Of a DNA stretch of 64,000 nucleotides, positions 1 to 12,810 are shown piece by piece. The DNA comes from Vermamoeba vermiformis (taxonomy: Eukaryota). The notes beneath the pieces are model-generated. The model saw only the letters and a list, made by a program, of their open reading frames with translations. It had not been told where the DNA came from and ran no database searches. A program made the translations under genes and the position numbers. Numbering within the stretch: position 1 is the first letter of the stretch; every line of letters starts with the position of its first letter. The stretch covers positions 62,001 to 126,000 of the forward strand of contig JBEWZL010000063.1 in NCBI GenBank assembly GCA_045837725.1. Direction: 5' to 3'.

Positions 1-611
1 AAAGTCCTGTCGTAAGTTAGATTAGAAGAAGTGGTTTATTATGATTTTTATTTTTTTTTTTTTTGGTTTTTTTTTTTTTTTGGTTTTTTTTTTTTAGAAG
101 GTAATTTCGGAAAGTAATCATTGTGAATCCATTTGATTGAGCTTGCAAGTTGCTCTAAATTTACCTGTATGTGATATGAGTGCTCGCGGTGCCTGAGTCT
201 TGCGAGGCGAAAGCGAGCGGAGTCGAGACAAAGTACAGTCCGGCTCTGATCTCAACGAAAATTTCTATTTACGCGGTTAATAACAAATAATCAAATAATT
301 ATTATAACGAAGTTCACTACACGTGAGATATTGGCAATATTAAATCAATTGTCATGAAATTGAAAAAAATCTTAGCGATACTAATTCGCCAAATTGAATT
401 GATTATTACCTGAATAATTATCCTTCGTAATATTATTTCTAATATAATTTTGTGCGGCTGATATCGTTTGATAGGGACTGGTCAGCGTCCCATCGCCCGT
501 CACATCCGATCCTCCTTCAACAGAAACAAAAATTGACAGCTGCTGTTGACAGTACGATATTCCGAGCAAAGTAATTAAAATAAATAAACTTCTAATTAGT
601 GAGCGACGCAT
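1..611 (-). CDS. Secreted right-handed beta-helix-type protein (5' part; runs off the window edge)
   Basis: ATG 611, signal peptide MRRSLIRSLFILITLLGISYC, then IFVSVEGGSDVTGDGTLTSPYQTISAAQ. Next exon (~267-165) reads VEIRAGLYFVSTPLAFASQDSGTASTHITY, typical of the N-terminus of pectin-lyase-fold/DUF1565-like proteins. Confidence 0.7.
45..95. repeat. Poly-T tract interrupted by GG, intronic
   Basis: Long T runs separated by GG, inside an intron of the first gene. Confidence 0.8.
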
Positions 612-902
612 TGTCTCCCTCTGGCCCTTATTCGAACGAAAAAGTACAATGTAGAGACAAATTCCGAATGTGAACAGAATTTGAAATTTCATGGCATGCG
701 TTACAACGACATTGCCTTTTTGACTCGTTCATTTAGGTGTTCGTCATTTAAAGCTGGTATAAAAATTAGACGGCGCAGTTGAGACGTATTTAAGCTGGTC
801 AAAATTTGGTCAACGCCTTAAGTCCTTTTTTTGTCGGGCCAATTTTTTTGAAGACAACCGGTCTTTAATAATAATTTAATTCAATTAATTGTTAAGAACA
901 CC

Positions 903-3132
903 ATGGAAGACAATATTCCAGTTTTCGTAAAAAGCTTAATTGGCGCAACTCAGCGGATTTGGGTTAACAGACGTGAACCTATCCATACTATTCAATGGCC
1001 GATTGCATGTGCCTTCGGCATATCTGGAGAGCGACAGCGTTATGTTTATTGTGGTATAGTTGATACAATAGTCTTCGAAATTTACTTTTAAAAAAATTTA
1101 ATTAATTTGCACAGGTGTTCAGTTAAATCCAGATAGGGCGTTCGAGGATTACGTAAGTGTTTTAAAATATTTATTTTATTTTACTAATTTTAATTCTTCG
1201 CAGAACGTGCAGAGAGGTTAGATCACATTGTATAAATTGAATTTCCATTGCTGACTATTTCCAGACGCTTTTCTCCACGTAGTGGCTCGATTAAGAGGCT
1301 CTGAGGGAGAGAACGCTAATATTTACATCGAACGAGATTGTAAGTCTTTGATGAATTTCGTACTGGATTCGAATCTAACGAAAAAAAACTTAGCAAAGAA
1401 ATACGTAACACCAATAGCCGTACAAATGGCCCAATTGAAACTGGCAGTCCACAGTAATTTTCCTACATCGTTAAAAGAAACCTGGTTAGCGTAAGCGATC
1501 TGAATCTGAATTATTTTTTTCTATTCTTAGCGACTAATTACCTTTTAAGGAGCATTAATTACGACGAAACAATGTATATGACTGAAGCAGTAGTAAAACC
1601 CAAAAAGAAGCAGAAGGACTTGCCGAAAGATGTAAAAAGCTACAAATAATCCAAATAATTATTAATTCACTCTTTTTATCTCTAGTGGGAAAAGCAAGCA
1701 CGCAAAGTGATGCCTGAAACACTTAAAGCTCTCGGATATAATCAACGAAACATTGATCTGGTCATCAAAACTCTGAATCCGGTGGATGCTGCTGTCGCGG
1801 TTGATTGGCTCAAAAAAAATCAGATTATAGAGTAAGATAATTATTAAGTCCTTCCATAGCTATACGAAAGACTAATCATAATGCGGTTCAACAGTAAAAT
1901 TCAGGATCTGGCTCCCTTATTCGAAAAATATCCTGATGTAAGTTGATAGTACAATTAGCCTTATTTGGATATTCTATTTTAACATAATTTCCTTATTAGG
2001 TATTGGCGGAACACTTGTTAAAGTACTTCACGTTAGCTGAACGTATCGCACTTAGTACAGTCAGCAAAACTTTCAACAAAATGAGTGCGTAGAGAAGGAA
2101 ATTCTAAGAAATTAATAATATAACACACCTTATTTAATAGTAATGTAGCTATTATTATCTTTTTCTAATTTTTCTGTTTTTTTGTAGCGAGATCGCCCTT
2201 GGCGTGGAAGAATTTGGTGCTGATTTGTGATTGGACGGACATGACTGACAAGTCGTTCACGAAAATCATGAAAGAATACGGCCATTTCATTGAACGGCTC
2301 TCCATTCAGCGATGTTGCTATTTGACTCCCAAAGCGTAAGTCAGTCACTTCGATCAAGCAAAAACTTTTGAAGGCAAATCTATCGATGGTTAAATTATTA
2401 TTATATTCTATAACACTGGATATTTTGACAACAGAAAGTTAACGGATCTCCTAACCGAAATTTCAAGTCCAGCAATTTTTCATATTTGTTTTTTATTTTT
2501 ATTAATATAATGGTTTAACAGAACGATGCTCATCGGAGACTGCTGTCCAAATCTGAAAGTATTCTTCGGCGGAGATTGTCCGAGCATGACCAGCGCTGTA
2601 ATGGAGAACATTTTCAACAAGTGTCTCAAACTCGAAGTGGTGGACTTGAGGCTGTCTCACCAAAGTCTCCCGGTTGGTATGCGCCTAGCCACTAATTTTT
2701 ATCAATTTTATTAAGCTCACGAATATTATCGCAGAGAAACTACCTTCCGTGAAAAATTTGACAAATCTTCGCGAACTTAATTTAGCCAATCGAGTGTTTG
2801 CAGAAAATTCGGAGATTTCGAGTTCATCGTTGAAGTCATTGGTCATTATGAGCTCGTTCACTGAAGGAGGATACGGTTCACTGAAAATTAATTGTCCGAA
2901 CTTGGGGCACATGCTCACCAGCATCGACAAGCACAAGGTACCTGATTCACTGAAAAAGACCGTTTCAGTGAACCAGCCTTTGCACGGAATAACTGTTTAC
3001 ACCTACTCTGGTGCTGGATGTGGAGATTTTTTCACGCCAAAAGTGATGACTAGCACAGAGGTTAAGAACTCTTCGATTTACAACTCCGACCTTGCTGATG
3101 GAACGACTCTTTGGATTTGCAAATTACAATGA
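903..3132 (+). CDS. UBL + UBA-like + F-box + LRR protein (multi-exon)
   Basis: Spliced N-terminus VFVKSLIGATQRIWV...GISGERQRYVYCGVQLNPDRAFEDYNVQRDAFLHVVARLRGS is ubiquitin-like. LKALGYNQRNIDLVIKTLNPVDAAVAVDWL is UBA-like. YPDVLAEHLLKYFTLAERIALSTVSKTFNKMTRSPLAW is an F-box. LRRs follow (CPNLKVF, CLKLEVVDL, LTNLRELNL). Includes a 13-nt micro-exon at 1204-1216. Confidence 0.75.
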
Positions 3133-3320
3133 TCTGAGCTATTTCATATATTATAAATATTAAAATACTAATATAGTGTAGAATCATGGTGGCAAAATAA
3201 ACCGAAAAAAGTGGGAAAAAAGAGTATTGACCGTTACTTTCGTTTATTCAATGATTTTTATTGAAAATAACCCTCGGAACATTAAGCTTTGTTCTAGTTA
3301 AATTCTGTTTTAAAGGTGCC

Positions 3321-6300
3321 TTAGTTCTCACGAGCCATTTTGGTCAAAAGAGCTGACGAGTAAATGCCGCCAACGACTGGTCGAGCTTGGAAACCCTAAG
3401 TAACAATAACGTATGAATATATTATGGTATTACATTGTAGTATGGTTATCTTACGGATTGTTTGCCATCAGCAGTCCAGTACCAATCGCTCAACGGCACT
3501 CTGGTCGGAGTTCTCGAAGCAAATTGATAAACAGCGCTGACGGTCTTGCCGTACACGTCGTTCATGCCTACAAAAAGAGAATTCATGAACGAGCTGTTCT
3601 AAAGTCTCTCCGTTCACTGAAACTTACCAACTTTCTTGGCCACGGCAGCTAGCCACATTTGCCAATCTAACTTGGTCCACCCCCTGAAAAAGTGTCAGAT
3701 CCGGTGTTTTTGATGATTCATGTTCTTACTTAGTGCTGTCTAGTGGGAAGCCAAATTGGTCTAATTGAGTCATGTAGTAAGCGAGTTCGGTCTTGATCAT
3801 GCTTTCTGGGAACGTTTTTGTGCCGAGAATGTAATCGAGCAACACGTTGTACTTTTGACTCCACGTGCCAGATTTGTCGTAGCGCTTCATGAACGTAACG
3901 TGTCAAAAGTGTCACTAGGTGTCAAGCATAAACTTACCAATCGATAGTGGTCCTTATCAAATGCGTTGTTGAGCCAATATTGGACGTAGTTTTGAGCTGT
4001 TTGCGAATATTGATTTGCTCCGGGCAAATTTACCAAATTAAGCAATGACGCGTACCCTTGAATTCCGATGATTCCTTTTAAGGCTAAGTTGGTGTCGTGC
4101 GGAATAGGTCCCAAGAAGTCATCAGTGCACAATTGGTCGAATGGATCTGGCAAGTTGTCGACCAAATAATTGGCCCATTGAGTCAAGAGCGGCCAATACT
4201 TGGGATAAAAAAACGATGTGTCGCCGGTGGCTTGCGCTGATGCTAAAGTCAACATGAGCAAGTTGCTAGACTCTTCAATAGGCATGTTTTCTGGTCACAA
4301 AAGTACGTTAAGGCTGCAGTTACTAAATTAGGAAATATTCGGACCTTGTTGCGAGTCGACGATGTCACCAACGGGATAAAAGCCCAAATGATGCGGAGCC
4401 CATGCAAATCCATAGTGTGAGTAAGTCTCGTTGTTGGCGTAACTAACGTCATTGTCAGAATGCATTGCCAAATAAGGAAAGTAAGATAAACTTACGCAAA
4501 CAATGGAAGTAATTGCAGTTGCAAAAGTTCGGGTCTGAAATATAAAAAGAACGGCGCGGCGGGATAAATCACGTCAACGGTCGATAAATCTCCGTCACTC
4601 GAGATTTCTTTCATGAAATGCCAAACTTTTTCTTCTTTTTTGTTCCACACTAATTTGCAGGCACCAATAGTTTGTCTGTACGCCAATGACGCGAGAGTAG
4701 TGTACTGTGGATTATTCTCCAAGTGGTCGAGTTCCTTGATGACGTCAGCATCGAACTTTTTGCACCGAGCTACGATTGCGTCGTATTCTCTGACTGCTAT
4801 AGTAATCATTTTTTCAGCTGTCATGTCTTCGTGGCGTCTGAAAAAAGCAAAAAAATGACACGTGTCAAACTAAGGTCTCGCGTAACTCAGCTTATGATGT
4901 ACGTACCTCCAATAAGGTCTCATAAATTCTCCGAACCATTTAATTGAGTAAATATCGTCGTAGGCAAGAGTTACGAAAGTTGACTTGGGTGAGCCAGAAA
5001 CGGATCTGGATCAACCAAAAACGGTTAGAACATGTTAGATCATGCCAATAAATGGTCATTATAATTAATATATAGAATCATAGTGGTATAAATTCCAATT
5101 TAACCTTCATTTGGCTTCTATTTTTAGATCGCGAACTTACCCTAGATCCCACGCAAAGGCGAATGACAAGCTTTCATTAGCAAACTTAGGTGTGTTTTGG
5201 TTATCAGCCAATGATAATTTTCTGCAAATAGGCGTTAAAATTTCACCTTGAATGGCAAGGCTAAAAAAATTTTTATCGCGTACGTACCCTGTCTTTGAGA
5301 ACTGGTTACGAGCTTGAGAAGCGAAGGCGATGCTCGAAGATAACGAATTCTCTTGCTTGGCGGTGGCATAAAAGTAACCCCAATCAATGCCGATGAAATC
5401 TCCGCCTTGGTGCAAAATATTTTGGGTCGTAGTACCGACTTTCATGCTGTTCAAGTTTGAATGGTGGATGCGTTCCCAATACACTTGTTGATCATTTGTA
5501 TTGACGCAAATCTCGGCGGAATTATCATAGTAAATTTGGACCGAATGAGACTTGCCATCAGCTAAAAATAAAGAAAATTAGACCTCGCATCCAAAAAAAT
5601 CTCCGAAGTACGAATTTCTTTAAAAACACAAATGTGAATTGCAATATGAAATATTTTGTTTAAATGTTGATGAGAATTATTATGTATGCTTACTCGACTT
5701 GGCGCTGAAGGTGATGTAGCTAACGGGACGCGAAAGGATCTCGTAATCATCAGGCAACAAAGGGCTCATAAATTCAACGTTCAAATTAACACCATTAGCT
5801 TCAAATACGTAGATGGTGCGAGTAGGATACACTTGAACGGAGATCTGTTGCATCGGTGTTGAGATCAGGCCATCCGATCCACCCATGAAGCGGTAAACAC
5901 TTCCGTCGATTCTTATGGCTCCAAAAAATGAACGTTGAGCTCCAGTCCATTGCCTAAATTAGTAAATTAGAATATCGGACGCTTTGAGGTTAAGCTTTGA
6001 TTTTGCAATTATTTTTGGAGCATTTCTGCAATTTTTCAATGACAAGATAATCTTTTGAAATTAAAAAATCTATCATTTAGCGTGATTTATTAATATACGA
6101 CAGTTAATATTGCAAATTGAGGAAGATCTACCTACTTAGTATTTTCATCTGTCAAATTATTCGCCATAGACCAGATAGAAAAATAAGGATCATTAATTAG
6201 CAATGGCACCTAATATTTAGAGTTAGTTTTGCATTTATGCATTGAATGATTTATTCTTACTGCAGGCGGTCTAAATCCAGCAATCAGATCCGCTGACACG

Positions 6301-6350
6301 CTATGAGCGTACAGAGCAGCCAAAACCGCGATAAGCAGTTGTATCTTCAT
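3321..6350 (-). CDS. gtaA: Secreted glutaminase A (GtaA)-like protein, DUF5127/DUF4965/DUF1793 family
   Basis: Signal peptide then FRPPAVPLLINDPYFSIWS; motifs KEISSDGDLSTVDVIYPAAP, MPIEESSNLL, QLCTDDFLG, TNLALKGIIGI; C-terminal GFQARPVVGGIYS. Confidence 0.9.
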
Positions 6351-6537
6351 CGTTGCGCTTCACAAATGCAACAAAAAGATCTTTTCTATTTTTGTAACGG
6401 TCGGAGATTTCGCAAGCAACCCTATGAGCAAGCACTCTCGGTCACTGATATTCGGACGGCGAGATTAAATATCCGACAAGCATTTTATATACTATGAAGG
6501 ATCGAACACACACGCGAGTCAACAACTCTTTCGTTCG

Positions 6538-8397
6538 TTACTCATCACAGGAGAAAAAGTTTTCAAGTATCGTTAGCGTCTTTTCGTAAACGGTATCAGA
6601 TTCATGCCGCTGAAGCGCTTCCAAGTAATAAACTCCGTCCACCTTTTCAAATGCGCCCGTCGCTGCGTCCCGCAAACCGTTGTCTTCGCAGTACTGGAAT
6701 ATTCTGGTCAGCGCATCCAACGCCTCAATGAGCATCGCTGGCAATACTTTTTTATACTCTTTGAATATCGCTGGAAAGCTCTGCACGGCATTCAATTCGA
6801 TCAATTTTTGGATCTGTAGTTCGCTAGCATTATTGACCATATTTACAATTGCCCAAAAGTCGCACTCCATGGCACCAGGTGTTGAAGTAAAATCGAGGAG
6901 TAGTTGCATCAAATCGCTGTCTAGCAAATACTGAATGCCTTGCTCGTCTAAAGCATACAAAGCAAGCAGGTCCTGGCACTGATTACGCAGCGATTTGGAA
7001 GAGCTTTGTAATAGGTTTTTGCATGAATCAAGAAAGTTTGGCGCTGCCATGACCGTCAGATCCGTGTTTGCATTTTTGGGTCCAACACTAATGCTGTGCA
7101 ATAAGGTAATGCCTGCGCTTTGCAACTCGACCTTGTTTGACGACCTATAAATGCAACAACATTAGTACTAGAAGTATTTAATTGATAATTAAATCGGATC
7201 CTAGCCCAACAACGTAAACTTCACGTACAAGAGTTCAATAAATCGATTCAGCGTGCTTGGTTCCATGATCGATTTGATTTGTTTGAGCTCTGGACAAGTC
7301 TTGCGAAGGATCTTGCTCAAGGCCAAACAAGCCTTGGCAACGACATCCGCATCCGTACTTTTCGAAATTATCTCGAGCAGTGGAGATACTGCCGGCTCGA
7401 ATAAGTTCCACGGGCACTTTGGAATCGTGACATTCAGCTCTGCAATGAGCTGCAGACAGCCGATTAGGATGTCTTTCCTAGTTCCATCTGTTGCGATTGA
7501 TTCGATAATACTACGCAGCAAATCTTCATTTTTTTCTACACGGGAAGGCAATTCCTAGAATAGGACGTTAGCATTACGCTATTGGTTGAAATCTCGACTA
7601 CGCACCTGATGTATAGTAAATTGAATTAAGAGTGCACGTAGCGCGGAAGATTTGACTTCAGGCGATTTCGTCGTTATAATTATGCGATATATTCGATTGA
7701 TAAATTCTAAACCGCTGTACACATGCGAAGACAGAAGGTCAATGCTCGCCACCTTTAGAGATCGTTAGAAGTTTAATTAAACTAATGGATATTATTACTT
7801 GAAGCATAGTGTTATCTGTATCAATAAAGGCTAGCAAATTTTGCAGTATCGGATCTACTAAACTAGCGTGTACAAATACGTGCGTTGCGAAAGCGACAGA
7901 ATCTGAAATAGAATAAAGATTAAGTTAGTAACCAGGAGATGTGGACGTAATTGATTATACCTGTTCTAATAATGCAATTCAAATGACGAACAGCTCCAAT
8001 AATTTTGTTGGTGTCGCTGGAAGCCACATCCGCGTTTATCTTTTCCTTGTCAAGGAGGCACTGATTGTTTCGTAGAATCGCTTTAAGCTCTTCTTTTGTT
8101 ATTTGGTCGTTATAATAATACAAGGAGAATCCAGCAGCTTGCCAAACTTCTTTGGAATGAAGTTGCCTCCAAAATCTTCAATTATTTATTAGTAAATTCT
8201 TCAAAAAATATACAAATTTGTACTTACGTTTTGGACGTCTCCGATAGGTTTAATAAAATTTTCTTGTCCGGTAAAGTAAGTTTAATAAAAGCGCCAAATA
8301 GATCTGCGATCTCAAACCATTGCATTGATGCCTCTTCTACTTTTCGGCGTTTATTAGCTTCATTGTACTCATCGCTTATTGAACGAGATCTTTTCAT
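6538..8397 (-). CDS. F-box-like + importin-alpha-like armadillo-repeat protein
   Basis: N-terminal basic KRSR..KRRK, F-box-like segment (ADLFGAFIKLTLPDKKILLNLSETSKT..LHSKEVW), ARM repeats (STDADVVAKACLALSKI), and an importin-alpha-like end GVYYLEALQRHESDTVYEKTLTILENFFS. Confidence 0.7.
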
Positions 8398-8543
8398 GGT
8401 GCTAGTCAAAGTCTGGATTTGACGCTTTGTGTTTCCAGCTAAATTTGGACCCTGCAGACAAAATCATTGGCCCGACATTTTTAGCATTCGATTGTGGTTG
8501 CCCTATATAACTACAATACGAGAGGTCATATGACAGAACTTTA
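8398..8543. promoter_or_regulatory. Putative bidirectional promoter between the F-box/ARM gene and E2F
   Basis: Divergent ATGs separated by 146 bp; TATATAA at ~8504. Confidence 0.45.
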
Positions 8544-10434
8544 ATGTCTTCAGAAGCAGAACAAGACTTAGGCACGATCAACTCAACTCCGCTCGCTTAC
8601 GGCGGATATCGAGTGCAGCATTCAACTCAGTATTTGATGGATAAATATACAGCGCAATTAGCCGAAATTAATGCGAGCTCGAGTAATGGAAAGCATACAC
8701 CACCAAGCGAGGAGAAAAATGGTCAAATCAACGACGTATCCGAGCCAAGCGAACCAGCGCCACTGAATAAAAGCCAAGAAATAATTAAAAATAAAGAAAA
8801 TACAGAGGATAAAGAGGATGAAACAAAAAAGAAGGTAATTAATAGGCAAATCCATCGATTAAATAATACGCGATATTTCGTAGAATCAAATACTCTTAGA
8901 CGTACCTAGAATGATTGATTATATAATTTTCAAATAACTAAGCAAATATTATTTTAGGGCCGAGGACGAAAGAGAAGCCTAGATGACGCTGAAGGAGTAA
9001 CGACAAGGAGGAAAAAACAGAAAAAAGGAGGTAAGCTCATTATTAGCATTTAAAGTATATTTATTATTTTTGGCACGATAAAATAGCGAATTAAACAATT
9101 TTCAATAAGATTGAATCAATGCTACCAGATTTAGAAAATTTTAGTTTTTTTTTCGGTCCTCATCTCCAGACGAGATTTTTGCGAGTATAATCAAACACCG
9201 TACCAAATACTAACAAAATATGTCGACTATATTAGATGAAGGCGATGATTCCGAAAAAACTAATAACAATGGCAACACGGATGGCGACGATAAAAAGCAA
9301 CCTCGTCTCGACAACTCTTTGTCTTTATTGACCAAAAAATTCGTCGAATTAATTAGCTCGAGTCAAGGAGGCGTTTTGGATTTGAATACCGCGGCCGATC
9401 TGTTGAAAGTTCAAAAACGAAGAATTTATGATATTACAAACGTCTTAGAAGGCATTGATATGATTGAAAAACGATCAAAGAATAATATCAAATGGAAGTA
9501 AGTATTTTATTTGCATATAATTGCATTTTTAAGCGACTAAAAATTTGCATTGCTCGATCCATTCAATATTTTTTTAATTCTTGTAAATTCCTAGCTTTAT
9601 TCGTTAATCATTTAATAGTTCTTTCATATGAAGCTATTATTAATTTGCTATATAGATGCGGAGAAGTGCTTACAGACGCTGATAAGGCCAATATGGAAAA
9701 AATCAAAGTTGAGGTCGAAAAAATGGTTGGCGACGAGCGAGAACTGGATCAAAAGATTGAAAAAGCATTCAACAACGTGCGCGAATTAACGTCAAATCCA
9801 GAATGCTTGAAACTAGCTTTTGTAACCAACGATGACGTGCGCGAACTGCCGCAGTTTAAAGATCAGATCATACTCGCTATCAAAGCACCACGAGGCACTA
9901 GATTGGAAGTACCGGAAGCTACCGAGGTACGTTATTAATATAATAATATTATAAGAATATTTGACGAAAGTGGTGGAGCTTTAAGTCGTTTGCTTGCTCC
10001 GATCGGAAATTTTGGATGCAAATATTGTTTTGCTATTTCGAGGAACAAATTGCTTAATGATTTTAATTATAGAGCCCTAATCGCCCGAACCAATTAAGCT
10101 ATCAAATCTATATTAAAGGCGACGAGCCAGTGGATGTATTTGTTGTTAGCAAGCTCGATCCTGAGTTAGCTGCAGTGAAGCAATCTCCGACGAATTTCCC
10201 AACAGATGAATTTTTTGAAATGTCTCGGTCTATTTCTAACAATGCCGGCTTAATTAAGTAAGTTTCGTAACGGCGGATTTAACGCGATCAAGTTTCAGCT
10301 AACGTTACGTTTTTGTTCTTAGATACCCCGAAATAGAAGATTATTACTTAAATGTCTATCGGCCAGACGAAGGCATAGCAGATTTTTACGCAGAAGATCC
10401 TCTTGATAGCACCGACTACTTGGCGATCGCGTAA
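8544..10434 (+). CDS. E2F: E2F transcription factor
   Basis: DNA-binding domain [17 protein letters not shown]...[29 protein letters not shown]; marked box [15 protein letters not shown]-terminal Rb-binding-like [17 protein letters not shown]. Confidence 0.95.
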
Positions 10435-10752
10435 CATCCAAAAAAGACCATTTTTTTGTTTTTTTTGGTGAGACCGCTTGATAGAGTTAGACTCTTTTAA
10501 GCGCGTTTATTATTTGTATAAATTTTGTAAAAATAAACTAACTTCTCTTTTTAAGATAAAGAAGGCCGAACTGAAATTTTAGGCTGTGGATCCGCATCCG
10601 TTCTTGAAGTCTCAAAAGAAAAAAATCTAGCAATATTACCACTGATATATATATTCGCTTGGCTAACCATCATTAGCTTAGCGAATCTATTGTTTCTGCA
10701 GCTATTTTAGGAAATTTCGAGTTTGACCGCGCCATTCAAGTTCAAAAAGAAG

Positions 10753-12699
10753 ATGGAGAAAGACAACAGCCGAGAAATTGAAGATAAGAATAGCAGGCCT
10801 ACGACTCCTTCAGGCAAGGTACCAGTCTCAGCGCTACTTACGAGTCCGATCGAACAGCCTTTGGTCGCCGATCCAATCATCGTCATGCCCACGCTTGGTG
10901 AATCGCCAGTAAATTGGGACGTCGACTCAACGGTCTCTTATGTATCGCCCGGGCTAGCTACACCTACGATGTCTCCTGGTAAGCGGCGGGCTAAAGAATT
11001 TTAAAAATAATATTGACTCGAAAATTGCTTGATCCGCTGTTTCTCTGTCAGTAATATTAGCTAATCCATTAATATGTATATTTAGAGGACGCGAACAAGG
11101 AAAATATACCGAATTTTGGCCTTCCAACAGTTGCTTGGAGTCGCGATCTCGAGCATCGCCTTAATCACTTCGCCAGCCGATCGCCGATGTACTCGCCTAT
11201 GCCTATTCAATACCATAACTACAGTTCCCCGGTCAAATACTCTCCAATTCCCTTTATACTGCCGAACTCGCCGGAGGTCAGATCCGGATCGCGCTCGCCG
11301 CTACCTCGGGCTTGTGATGTACTGATAATTATTTTAACTATAGAACTTGGATCCTCCACTTTCACCCTTGGTTCCTAGACGCATTAGCACGTTCGACGAG
11401 CTCAAAGAAGAAGCGGGCATTGAAAAGACAACGGCCATTGAAGATCTGCTTGGGTAAGCCTCAGATAGACTCTACAATATTTGATCTCATATTATATATG
11501 CATAGCAAGCATACTCCTATCTTCGATTCGGTAGCAGATGCGATTATGGAAGAACTGCAGACGAATCCGGTACGCGGGATCCGATGTTCGATAATTAACG
11601 CTGAAGTCTAACCAATGAACATAGGAAGTAGTATCTGGCATCAACGTAAGCCCTGGAGGTCGTCGCATCATAGTAGAAGAGATAGACTTGGATGCTACTA
11701 GTGAAGACATGATGGATCTCGACGAGGACACGGATGACGAACAAGAAGGAGGCGCCTCGCCTAAATCCGCAGCCAATGCTACATCATTTCCAAATTTGGT
11801 AACATCTCCGCGCAATCTCCGAATCACAGTCGTCACGCCCAAGTCAAGTTCAGCCAAAAAACGAGTGCCGCTAAGTCCGCTCACCGCATCTGGATCGAAA
11901 AAGAACTTTAAAGCGGCCGTTAAGAAGTTTACGTTGGCAGGAAAGAAGAATATTAGTACTCCTACAGCTAGGCCTACTTTCAATGTCTTCGTCGATCATG
12001 ATCTGCGACCAGTTCCGCAAAGGCAAGTTCCCACGCGAAATTTTTGCAATTTTATTTTTCCTTTTTTGGACTTTAATACTTTATTTAGAGCTGATTATCC
12101 TGATCTTAATCAAATTATGGCTGCTAAGAAAACTTCCGAACAAACTGGACCAGATGTCGATCCGTTTGCTCTGTACTGCTTGCTCGTCAAACACCAAGGC
12201 AAATCGTTGAATGACATCGCGAGAATTATTTACGGATGTAAGTGCGGAATAACTCTCGGAACTCACGAATTCCTCTCATCGTTCTATTTGTAGCTCTGTT
12301 TACGGATGTCAACAAAGAAAACAATCCAGACTCGTATTATCATAACGTAGCTCAAGTTCGTATAATTATTCCATATCAACTAAGTCTATTTGATTAACTG
12401 ACATCGATCTAGGTCAATCAATTCGTCAAGAGCTTGCCGTTAGTTTTTCCGCACTTGAATTTTTATGGTAGATTTCAAAGTACGTTATAAACCTTTAGAT
12501 GCTAAAATAGACTTTTTACTAATCTGGTCAATCAGATAATGTGCAAACGCTTACATTGGCTCGTTTGGCGGCATTTCCTGAAGTCTTGGTGATGATGGCC
12601 AATGAGCCTCTCAAAGTGAAATTTCAACAATTTGGTGGTCGCACTCACACAGACACACCGAGACCTGCAAAGAAAGCAGATCTGCTTCGTAGAATTTAA
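10753..12699 (+). CDS. Orphan S/T-P-rich protein with KEN, D-box and ABBA-like motifs
   Basis: Phase-compatible exons from ATG 10753 to TAA 12697-12699; many SP/TP sites; NKENIP, RVPLSPL, FNVFVD. Confidence 0.65.
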
Positions 12700-12810
12700 T
12701 TGCAACACTACCGCATCCTGCATACTATCCTGCCTAATCAATGTATTATATAGCATTATTTAAGTACAAATAAAGCAGAAGATTAGATAAAGTTGATTTA
12801 AGTTCGTTTT

